The position numbers and the translations under genes are program-made. The notes beneath the pieces were generated by a model. It searched no databases. It saw only the letters and a program-made list of their open reading frames with translations, and had not been told where the DNA came from. Source: Candidatus Dojkabacteria bacterium (GTDB lineage Bacteria; Patescibacteriota; Dojkabacteria; SC72; WJKH01). From it: 58,011 bases of DNA. The stretch's first letter is position 1; the number at the start of each line of letters is the position of its first letter. Positions 44,860 through 53,387 of the stretch are shown here, piece after piece. The stretch covers positions 1 through 58,011 of the forward strand of contig WJKH01000021.1 in NCBI GenBank assembly GCA_014729235.1, given 5' to 3'.

Positions 44860-46128
44860 CTAATCATCGTATTTGGGAGCAATTGATAAATCTAGATTTT
44901 CCTTTGCATACTGATAAAAGTCTTCAGAACCACTGTCTGAATCAACTAAAGCCATCACGTACACAACTTTAATGTCATCATGAAGTAAAACCAGAATTCG
45001 GTCATATGGTATGTCAGGAAGTTGCTGAACTGCTTCAGGAACAGAACCCTCATCATCAACGGCTTGATCCTCCTCATCGACTTCAATCTCAATCTCAGGC
45101 TCTTCAGAATCCTCAATCGGCCCGAGATAATCAACATTTACCTCCATCGCAGAACCAAAACTTGTAGCAGCTTCATATGCATGTCCAAGATGATGGTTAG
45201 TCTCCTTTGAAAAATCACGAGCATAATTATAAAGACTCGTTCCATCGTAAATTTTATAAGGCATTAAAACAACCTCCTCATCAGTGTCAAGCTTATTGAA
45301 ATGCGCATATTGAAAATCTCTTTCTTGTAAATCTTCAATTGTAGACGCCCCCTGAACAATAATTGATGAATACGAGACAGTAACATTTTCCGGAACTTTT
45401 AACTGCCAGGGAAATGAGGGTAAGAGATCATAGCCTTCAGACTCAGATAGTATCTGTTCTCGCTCCGTTTCAATCAGCACTTGTTCTGCCAACCCCGTCC
45501 GGGCATCATTTTCAGATAGACGCTGGTACCAGATATCATTGATACGCGAGTATATTCTTAATCCAACACCATCCTTGACCCAATACTGTCCATACTTCAT
45601 TCCCTCTGTTCCGGGTTCAATTTCCAAAACATAGGTCCAGCCCAAACCAGGCAAAACATTCTGATAATACAAATAAATGTCTGAAATTGAAGCATTAACA
45701 GGCATTCTATAAACACTGTAGCCCTCGTTCAGGAATTTTTGAACATGTTCATTGTACAAATTATTCTTAAAAACAAATTCTGCCTCACCATACGCTTTGT
45801 CATAATATATTGGGACATCGTTAAATCCGACAATAAAGTCTTCCTCACTCTTGATGTAGCCTTCAGTACTCTTTTTTCTGATTTTCAAGACAATCTGCGC
45901 ACTTTGATAGACAACATAAACAGAAAAGATAAGTGCAATTATTATCAATACAAATCCGAATATCTGCCTCGTATGCAATCCCCGGAAAATTATCCGGGAT
46001 TTCTTCTTTTTTTTGCTTTTCCCGGTGGACTTTGAAGCTAATGAGAACCCTGATACTTTACTGCCTGCTTTGTACGGTTTTTTCTTCTTCTTGAAAAGTT
46101 TCATAAATCCGAAAAATCCGGCTCCCAT
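44860..46128 (-). CDS. hypothetical membrane-anchored protein (basic N-terminus, 1 TM, extracytoplasmic domain, acidic stretch)
   Basis: A 422-aa ORF that overlaps the 3' end of the upstream giant gene by 28 nt. I recognise no family. Confidence 0.6.
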   Translation of the reverse strand: MGAGFFGFMKLFKKKKKPYKAGSKVSGFSLASKSTGKSKKKKKSRIIFRGLHTRQIFGFVLIIIALIFSVYVVYQSAQIVLKIRKKSTEGYIKSEEDFIVGFNDVPIYYDKAYGEAEFVFKNNLYNEHVQKFLNEGYSVYRMPVNASISDIYLYYQNVLPGLGWTYVLEIEPGTEGMKYGQYWVKDGVGLRIYSRINDIWYQRLSENDARTGLAEQVLIETEREQILSESEGYDLLPSFPWQLKVPENVTVSYSSIIVQGASTIEDLQERDFQYAHFNKLDTDEEVVLMPYKIYDGTSLYNYARDFSKETNHHLGHAYEAATSFGSAMEVNVDYLGPIEDSEEPEIEIEVDEEDQAVDDEGSVPEAVQQLPDIPYDRILVLLHDDIKVVYVMALVDSDSGSEDFYQYAKENLDLSIAPKYDD

Positions 46129-49100
46129 AATCCTGCTCCGCTAATGATTCTCACAAAGTAACCTTTATCAGAATCAATTCGGAAGTCAGTGCCATAAACC
46201 TCAGGAGGACCGTTTAAATTAGTTTCCTTTACCAATCCACTGAATCGCTGCTTATCAGAAGCCCAATATGAAACATTGTCTGCCACAAAATCATTCTCAT
46301 CAAATGAGTTTATCCCATCAACTAGGGTTTCGGCTGTGTAATCTTTACTCTTGCTGCCATACACACCGATTAAGTTCCAACCCTGGTTAAAGTTTACCGG
46401 TGCTGAATCGAGTTTAGTTTCATATATTATCTCACTTCCGAAAATTGTGAAGTTTCCGCCGGTATTGGATTTTATGACATAGCCCCTTCCCGGTATAATC
46501 TGGAAATCATTTGAATCATAATTTCCGGAATTGCTTGCTACAATCTCCCACTTAGCATCATACGTTGAAATTGAGTAAATCTTGGATTGAGGAGAATTGG
46601 ACAATGCCTTTTTATTGATATAATCAAGTAAATTGCTGGCAACTCTTAATTCTTCATCAGCTATTAAAAAGGGAAATGCTACAAAGTTAAATCCCGGCCG
46701 AAGTTCATATTTATAAGCTGAAGCTGTCTTGGAAATCTTTAAATCGCTAATCTCCTTTGAAAGCCTCTGATCGATGTCCTTATCATATTTTCCATTGTTG
46801 TTTTCATCCAGATACAAAATGACTTTATCAGAGTCTCCAGACACCAGAGCAGAGTATTCCTTGCCATCAATAGTAAATATATACTGTCCACCTTCTTCAA
46901 AAAAATAAAAGTGATTTTTCGGATCAAATTTTACGACTACAGTATTATTTTCCGCAGCGCTGACTTGAGAAATCCTAAAAATCGAGAATTTTGCTCGGGC
47001 AGGGACTATAATTTCGGAGCCAGTCCCGGGTTGCGGACCCGTACATGCAAGCCATGTCGCAGTCGAGTCATCCCGAACACAAGTATTTCCGCTTGTATTG
47101 CAGACTTTTCCAATATTATTCCCGGAATTGAAAAAATTTGGACATTTGGAGGCAACCTCAGGGCACCATTCATTTAGACTTACAAATCTTTTCTTACTGG
47201 AATCTTCGCACCTGCACTCATCGGCATGGCCATCGCTGAAACCCAAATTTTGTTCTGTACACTTGCTGCCGGCACCTACTCTAGTGGGACCCGGAGGCAC
47301 TACTGAAGGATATCCTGCTTGATCACCATCGGTTTTAGATTCCGACTCACCAGACGGGTCAACAGGCTCCAGTTCAACTTCTTCTGGCTCAGGAGCCCCT
47401 CCGCATGGATAGGGCTTTCCACCTAGGTAAAAAATCTTCTCCTCTCCATTGTTGCATTCTGCAATCACTTTGCCCAATTGGTCCCCACACGGGTTAGAGT
47501 CCGTAGGATTAAGGTCTTCTGAAACTGAATAAGTATAATGAGACGGACATGAGGCTTTATCTAAAATGCTGAGGGAATGAGTTTGTTTAGAATTAGGGAC
47601 TGTCAATGCAAGCCGAACTTTGCAACAAACTAAATCATTGGAATTTTGAGTAGTAGTTTCATCCCCATCGTCCGTACAGGGCGTATCTCCGGGACTCACC
47701 GGGCCATGAGTAATACCATCTTCGCATGTAACCTTGTACGAGCCTGAATAAATACCGCAGGGTCCGTTTAAATCCTCGTTGTTGGGATCTTTCGGTAAAC
47801 CGCTGACAACCTGGTCGTCAAGAAAACACTCATCTCCCTCAAAAACCGAGTAGTAAACCAATCGTTCTTTTTCCCCAGCTTCAACCTGGCGTGGCCCGGC
47901 ACAACAGACCATCCCGTCCGAATCAGTACCCATATCGTTATCTTCTTCATCCTCTTCTGTACCGGGATCTGAATCTTCCCCATCGGAACCGACAACAACT
48001 GCTTCCTGAATCCGCAGACAAGTGCCGGTACAGCAACTATTATTATTGTTTCCTCCTGAACAGGAGTAGCCGGGTTGACAGGGAGTAGCACACTCATTAT
48101 CACCACATGAAGTATTTTCCTTACCATCAAGGATACAGGGCCCGGAAGCTCCAGCCGGCTTTTTACAGCCCGATGTGCCTGCTGAATTATCGCTCCATGA
48201 ACACTCAATTGGATCGCCGGACTTGGCAGTATTTCGAAAACAAGTCCCGTATTTATCACACACTAATTCACCTTCATTATAGTGCTGGTGACACTCTTGT
48301 CCAAGATTAGATTCATTGCACTCCTGAGCCAGTCCGTCTCCGCGACCTGTATTTCCACTGTCAGACCCGGTATCTGTTCCACTATCAGAATCTGAACCGG
48401 AGTCTGAACCTGAGCCAGCACCGCTTCCGGACGAATTACACTCCATGCTGATTTCATAGCATGTTCCCCCATGTCCAATCCAGTGATTTACACCATCCGG
48501 TGTTGTACAGGAGCAACCCTTCTGCATCAATGGATCATCAGCTTCTGGGTAGAAATGATCGTTAGCCATACAGTCTCCACTCAGAAGCTGCCCACAATCG
48601 TACGCATACACTCTATTAATAAATTTTGAACTGACTGCAGAATTCTCCCTACTCAGTCTATCACCTCCCAATCTTGAAGTCAGAACAATTGGTCTCATTG
48701 GAGCATCGTCACCAAACTCATTAATAAATTCGGGCATAAACAAATTTTGTTTGCCATAAGCCCACAGCAACTGATACGAGGTATCTCCAACTAGAGATGA
48801 GTTCTGCCACGGACTGTAATCAATCAGCCAGGCCCCATCAGCTGAAGAATGAGATGATAATATCCTGTTTTGCCTGGTAAATTCACCATCAGGATCACCT
48901 GTATCATTCAAAATGTCCATCAGGACAACTCCATCAGCTTCCGGCACATAATCCCAGTCAGAAGTACCCGACTTAAGAACGTACCCATAAGCATTAGAAG
49001 GATTATCCGGTGTCTTATTTAATGGCAATGTAGTTACTGTACTGCCTTCAATATAGTTATTCTGAAATTCGTTTTTCACTCTTATCCGTTTTAGAGCGAT

Positions 49101-49535
49101 TCCATTCCCAATCCAGACCTGATAATCTGTGTCAGATTTGAGGTTTCGCACTGTTACATGGTGAGTGTAATATGAACTAACATTTTTAACCGTCACTTCC
49201 TGGTTCCAGAAATCATCCTCCAAAGCTTGTTCATATAAGGCAAGCAATACATCACGGTCATCGTAATTTGCTTTATTAAACACAGAATTTACTTTTACTA
49301 TGCCCGGACTCGGTTTATCAGTTGTCCACACAACACTAAATGAATTGGATGAGTGATTTGATATAATAACGTTATCAGGCTGGAATCTAAGTTGAGCATA
49401 TAACTGAAAAGCTACCGAGCCCGCAAGAATAGCTACAAAGGCTATGACAATGGTTGAGGTGAGGACTCTTGCAAGCTTTGAACTTCGGGTAGATGGTATC
49501 GGGATAAATTGTGGTAAACGGAAGAGGATTCTCAT
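46101..49535 (-). CDS. giant surface protein: signal anchor, FN3-like domain, about 520-aa Cys-rich region, C-terminal beta-rich domain
   Basis: The ORF runs 46101..49571. I trimmed it to MRILFRL (49535) to avoid overlapping the divergent dus gene. It has an FN3-like FSVVWTTDKPSPGIVKV...HHVTVRNLKSDTDYQVWIG, about 70 Cys between aa 326 and 843, and a GS/DS linker containing RGD. Confidence 0.7.
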   Translation of the reverse strand: MRILFRLPQFIPIPSTRSSKLARVLTSTIVIAFVAILAGSVAFQLYAQLRFQPDNVIISNHSSNSFSVVWTTDKPSPGIVKVNSVFNKANYDDRDVLLALYEQALEDDFWNQEVTVKNVSSYYTHHVTVRNLKSDTDYQVWIGNGIALKRIRVKNEFQNNYIEGSTVTTLPLNKTPDNPSNAYGYVLKSGTSDWDYVPEADGVVLMDILNDTGDPDGEFTRQNRILSSHSSADGAWLIDYSPWQNSSLVGDTSYQLLWAYGKQNLFMPEFINEFGDDAPMRPIVLTSRLGGDRLSRENSAVSSKFINRVYAYDCGQLLSGDCMANDHFYPEADDPLMQKGCSCTTPDGVNHWIGHGGTCYEISMECNSSGSGAGSGSDSGSDSDSGTDTGSDSGNTGRGDGLAQECNESNLGQECHQHYNEGELVCDKYGTCFRNTAKSGDPIECSWSDNSAGTSGCKKPAGASGPCILDGKENTSCGDNECATPCQPGYSCSGGNNNNSCCTGTCLRIQEAVVVGSDGEDSDPGTEEDEEDNDMGTDSDGMVCCAGPRQVEAGEKERLVYYSVFEGDECFLDDQVVSGLPKDPNNEDLNGPCGIYSGSYKVTCEDGITHGPVSPGDTPCTDDGDETTTQNSNDLVCCKVRLALTVPNSKQTHSLSILDKASCPSHYTYSVSEDLNPTDSNPCGDQLGKVIAECNNGEEKIFYLGGKPYPCGGAPEPEEVELEPVDPSGESESKTDGDQAGYPSVVPPGPTRVGAGSKCTEQNLGFSDGHADECRCEDSSKKRFVSLNEWCPEVASKCPNFFNSGNNIGKVCNTSGNTCVRDDSTATWLACTGPQPGTGSEIIVPARAKFSIFRISQVSAAENNTVVVKFDPKNHFYFFEEGGQYIFTIDGKEYSALVSGDSDKVILYLDENNNGKYDKDIDQRLSKEISDLKISKTASAYKYELRPGFNFVAFPFLIADEELRVASNLLDYINKKALSNSPQSKIYSISTYDAKWEIVASNSGNYDSNDFQIIPGRGYVIKSNTGGNFTIFGSEIIYETKLDSAPVNFNQGWNLIGVYGSKSKDYTAETLVDGINSFDENDFVADNVSYWASDKQRFSGLVKETNLNGPPEVYGTDFRIDSDKGYFVRIISGAGLWEPDFSDL

Positions 49536-49589
49536 ACCTACAAATTTACTATGAATACGAAAAAAAAGCAAACTACAAACGAAATCATA

Positions 49590-50585
49590 ATGGCAGCACC
49601 TATGGACGGATATACTGATCTTGCGTTTAGAAAAGCTCTTGCTACTAATGCTACCTACCGACCAGATCGGATGTTTACAGAATTTGTCAATGTAGAGGCA
49701 ATTATTCGGGATATTTATAGTGCTGAAAGAATTTTAAAGCATGAAAAATTGTCGATCCCAACTTCAGCACAACTGTTTGGGAAAAACCCGACTAGCTTCG
49801 CACAGGCAATTCCAAAAGTTTTAGATTTAGGATATTCCGGAATTGATATAAATATGGGATGTGGAGCCCGCAAAATAGTGACTAATGGAGAAGGAGCCGG
49901 ACTGATTGAAAATTATGATTTATGCAAACAAATTATTGAAGGCTCATCTGAAGCGATTAATAAATGGATAAAAGAAAATGACCATGAACAATCCTCAATC
50001 AAATTCTCTGTCAAGACAAGACTTGGAATAAATTCCAATATCGGGGTAGAGTGGACAAAATTTTTAGATCAATTTAAGCTTGATTTTATAACAATTCATG
50101 GCAGAACTTATAAACAAGGCTACTCAGGGAGTTCAAACTGGGATAGAATTGCACAAATTGCCAATCTTGTCTCTACACCAATTATTGGAAATGGAGATAT
50201 AACCAATATTACTGATGCACAGGAAAAGCTGCGTAAGCACAATCTTTACGGAGTAATGATCGGACGAAATTACCGCTCATTTTTTGCTGATATAAATGAA
50301 AAAACACCTCATAGAACTCGGCAGAAGCCTAAACCCGGGTCGGATTCGGATCCATTAACCTTCAATAGCGTAAGGAAAACAATGCTGGACTATCTGACTT
50401 TTCATGAAAATTTAATGGCAGAGTACTTTAAGTCTTCTGAAATCGCTTTTATATCTACACGCAAGGTTCTGCTGGGATTCATGAAAGGATGTAAAAACAC
50501 TAAATCAATCAAGAACCAACTGATGAAAGCTGAATCATATGCTAAAGCTAAGTTAATGTTGGCTATGAGATTCAAAGATCAATAG
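49590..50585 (+). CDS. dus: tRNA-dihydrouridine synthase
   Basis: The ORF runs 49551..50585. The conserved start MAAPMDGYTDLAFR is at 49590. It has DINMGCGARK and TIHGRT, which are Dus motifs. Confidence 0.8.
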   Translation: MAAPMDGYTDLAFRKALATNATYRPDRMFTEFVNVEAIIRDIYSAERILKHEKLSIPTSAQLFGKNPTSFAQAIPKVLDLGYSGIDINMGCGARKIVTNGEGAGLIENYDLCKQIIEGSSEAINKWIKENDHEQSSIKFSVKTRLGINSNIGVEWTKFLDQFKLDFITIHGRTYKQGYSGSSNWDRIAQIANLVSTPIIGNGDITNITDAQEKLRKHNLYGVMIGRNYRSFFADINEKTPHRTRQKPKPGSDSDPLTFNSVRKTMLDYLTFHENLMAEYFKSSEIAFISTRKVLLGFMKGCKNTKSIKNQLMKAESYAKAKLMLAMRFKDQ

Positions 50586-50624
50586 AGCAATTGAATTTCG
50601 AATACTTTATACTAAACAATACCA

Positions 50625-51164
50625 ATGAAAAAGGTCCTTATACACGCCTGTTGTGCAGATTGTTTGATTAAAATGATCGAAAGTCTGAAGCCCCAAAATT
50701 CTAAGCGGATTAACTTCGATATTTATTTCTACAATCCAAATATTCATCCACGATCCGAGTTTCTTGCGAGGCTTCAGGCTATAAAACAAGTAACCAAAGA
50801 GCGCGATTTAAAGATAATTATCGCTAACTGGAGCCCAAAAGAATACTTTAGTGCCGTAAAAACCAATTCAAACCCAGGCCGATGCAACATCTGCTGGACG
50901 CTGCGACTCAGCAAAACCGCCTCGTATGCTTCTGAGCACGGTTACAATGCTTTTACGACGACTCTTTTATCCAGTCATTATCAAAATACCGCACAAATCC
51001 TCAAAATCTGTAAAAATCTGGCTCGCAAATTCTCTCTCGAAATAATCGCTCCGACAGATCTCAAAAAAGATTTGTGCACTGGGGGCTTCTACAAGCAAAA
51101 CTTCTGCGGTTGCTGTTACTCGCTGGTCGAGCGGTATCGAGAAAAGTTCAGCGAAGATCTCTGA
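50625..51164 (+). CDS. queH: epoxyqueuosine reductase QueH (DUF208)
   Basis: A 179-aa ORF with LIHACCADC, RCNICWTLRL and NFCGCCYS, the Cys motifs of QueH. Confidence 0.8.
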   Translation: MKKVLIHACCADCLIKMIESLKPQNSKRINFDIYFYNPNIHPRSEFLARLQAIKQVTKERDLKIIIANWSPKEYFSAVKTNSNPGRCNICWTLRLSKTASYASEHGYNAFTTTLLSSHYQNTAQILKICKNLARKFSLEIIAPTDLKKDLCTGGFYKQNFCGCCYSLVERYREKFSEDL

Positions 51165-52725
51165 TCCCATATCCGTAATCCTTTTCAATATTGAAACCCA
51201 GTTTCTCGTAATATTTTCTGGTGCCGACTGCTGAAATTACTGCTATTTGCTTAACTTTTGCTTCACAAGCTTTCTTGCACGCTTTTTGGATAAGCTCGCT
51301 TCCTAACCCAATATGTTGGCTGGCACCCGTTTTTGATTTGCCTATCCCAACAGTTACACCGTATACATGCAATTCCCTAATCAAAGCTTTTGACTTAATT
51401 AAATTTTCATTATTATTAAGCAAACTCAATCTTAAAAAAGCAACCAATTTCCCATGATACGAGTAGCTCATGAAAACCTCTTTTGAAACAGAAGTTTTAT
51501 ATTCAATTTCCTCATATTTCAAATCTTCAATATCCTCGACTATCTCATCACGTATTTCCCGACACCGAATACACTGACATTCCATTGAATTTGCCCCCAT
51601 GTAGTCGTGGATAAGTTGCCTGAGATTCGTTTTATCAACACCCGCACTTATATTTCCAGATGGAATATCACGAAAAAGCCTCGCAACACGGCAATACTTC
51701 GGAATATGTACTTTGCATCTTGCCAGGAGTCTTATCAGCCCTTTCTCACTATAGGGCGTGAATTTTGCGTTTTTATACAATTCTTCCAAACCAGTACCGG
51801 GAATAATTGAACAGGGATAAATCTTTAGCTCATCAGGCATTACTCGCGGATCATTAAATAATTTAATGAAATCTTCATAATCTCCCTCCGAAGTACTTCC
51901 ATATAAATTACACATCCAGTGAATCTGAATCTTAAAGCCATTTTGCCTCAGAAGCTCTATTGCTTGATGCGAATCTTGCACTTTATGACCTCTGAAGTTT
52001 TTTTCTAATATCTCGTCATTGAGACTCTGAATCCCAAGTTGAACCTTTGTAATCCCAAATTTTCTGTATTGCTTAATACTCTCATAATTCACTTTATCAG
52101 GTCGAGTCTCAATTGACATACCAACACAGCGGGTTTTGCTAGTAGAATTTTGATCCTGAAGATCATTTAAGCTTATATCTCCTGTCGCCCGACCCTGACT
52201 ATTAAATTCATTTAGCGCTTTAAATATATTGTTGATAAATTCCCTTCGATAACTCAATTCATAATCATCCCATGTGCCTCCGGAAATTATTACTTCAATT
52301 TTTGAAGTATCATGGCCGTTGGCACTTAGAGCTTTTAGGCGTGTAATTACCTGATCATAAGGGTCAAAATTTTGAGAAACAGCACGCTGAATTCCAGGCT
52401 CATCAAGCAAATAACTTTTGGGAGCATTTTTGCGTGTAGGGCAGAAAATACATTTGCCGCTGCAAAAATATGGTTTCGTGAAGACCGTAACCGGGCTGAC
52501 GCCTGATATTGAGCGAACCGGCTTCAGCTTCAGGATTTTCATTAAATTGTCATTAACTTTAATCTTTTGTGACTCAATGTATCTTCGTATTTCGTTTTTA
52601 GATAAGAACCCGCCCTCCGGCAAGGGAAATTCTCGATAAATCCCTTTCCATGATATTTCTGACGTCTCAGGATTTAATGATTCAACAAATACTATAAACT
52701 TGTTAATGGTTTCCTCGTGTTTCAT
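51148..52725 (-). CDS. elp3: Elp3-like radical SAM + GNAT acetyltransferase (tRNA U34 modification family)
   Basis: A 525-aa ORF with the radical SAM cluster CSGKCIFCP and a central TIM-like domain. The C-terminal GNAT is LRELHVYG...GLGSELIQKACKKA...YYEKLGF. Confidence 0.75.
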   Translation of the reverse strand: MKHEETINKFIVFVESLNPETSEISWKGIYREFPLPEGGFLSKNEIRRYIESQKIKVNDNLMKILKLKPVRSISGVSPVTVFTKPYFCSGKCIFCPTRKNAPKSYLLDEPGIQRAVSQNFDPYDQVITRLKALSANGHDTSKIEVIISGGTWDDYELSYRREFINNIFKALNEFNSQGRATGDISLNDLQDQNSTSKTRCVGMSIETRPDKVNYESIKQYRKFGITKVQLGIQSLNDEILEKNFRGHKVQDSHQAIELLRQNGFKIQIHWMCNLYGSTSEGDYEDFIKLFNDPRVMPDELKIYPCSIIPGTGLEELYKNAKFTPYSEKGLIRLLARCKVHIPKYCRVARLFRDIPSGNISAGVDKTNLRQLIHDYMGANSMECQCIRCREIRDEIVEDIEDLKYEEIEYKTSVSKEVFMSYSYHGKLVAFLRLSLLNNNENLIKSKALIRELHVYGVTVGIGKSKTGASQHIGLGSELIQKACKKACEAKVKQIAVISAVGTRKYYEKLGFNIEKDYGYGIRDLR

Positions 52726-52750
52726 AACAAAATATTATACAATATTTCCT

Positions 52751-53335
52751 ATGATAAAAAGCAAAACGGAGTATGAGAACAAAAAATTCAGCAATTACAC
52801 GCTGGACAACAGGAAAATTTTATCTTCTATATTTATAAATTGCAAATTTACTGACAGCTCCCTTGTTGACACAACATTTGAGAAATGCACATTTGAAAAT
52901 TGCATTTTCAAAGATTGCAATTTAACAGTAATTAAATTCCCCGAGACTTCTTTAGTCGAGTGCGAGTTTTTTAGCTCTAAACTGAGCGGAATTGACTGGA
53001 GCCAAGCTCGAAGCGAGCTTGGCCTTGAAGTCTTAGCCAAAAATTGCGATCTAAGCTACAGCACGTTCTTTCTAAATGATATCTCGAATTCCAAATTTAT
53101 CGAATGCAAATTCCACGAAACCACTTTTGAAAAAGTTAAAATGTTAAGCGCATCATTTGGAAAGTGCGATTTCACGAAAGCCAGATTTCAAAACTGTACC
53201 ATGGACAAAGCTGATCTCAGCTCGTCATATAACTTTTATTTTGATCCAAGCCAAAATAGCTGCAAAAAACTCAAAATGTCTCGAAGTGAAGCCTTAAATC
53301 TACTCAACGCTTTCGGAATTGAATATAGCAATTAG
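52751..53335 (+). CDS. pentapeptide-repeat protein
   Basis: The ORF runs 52700..53335. I trimmed it to MIKSK (52751), since the longer form overlaps the elp3 start. It contains runs of A(D/N)LxF-type pentapeptides (FINCKFTDSSLVDTTFEKCTFENCIFKDCNL...). Confidence 0.75.
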   Translation: MIKSKTEYENKKFSNYTLDNRKILSSIFINCKFTDSSLVDTTFEKCTFENCIFKDCNLTVIKFPETSLVECEFFSSKLSGIDWSQARSELGLEVLAKNCDLSYSTFFLNDISNSKFIECKFHETTFEKVKMLSASFGKCDFTKARFQNCTMDKADLSSSYNFYFDPSQNSCKKLKMSRSEALNLLNAFGIEYSN

Positions 53336-53387
53336 TCAGGCTCAATAGTTCTTCAGCAAATTTGACTGACCTCAAAAAAGTACGAAG

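Noticed and set aside
47768-48259. 163-aa ORF and other 60-130-aa ORFs nested in or antisense to large genes (for example 21207..21596, 5490..5771, 48263..48478, 41419..41715)
   Set aside because: They lie inside long, well-supported genes in other frames. Their open frames are explained by local composition, especially the GC-richer Cys-rich region. None has independent support.
49536-49589. N-terminal extensions of the divergent giant gene (to 49571) and of dus (from 49551), which would make the two genes overlap head-to-head
   Set aside because: The conserved Dus N-terminus starts at MAAPMDG (49590), and the signal anchor of the giant protein follows MRILF (49535). Trimming both removes an implausible 21-nt divergent overlap.
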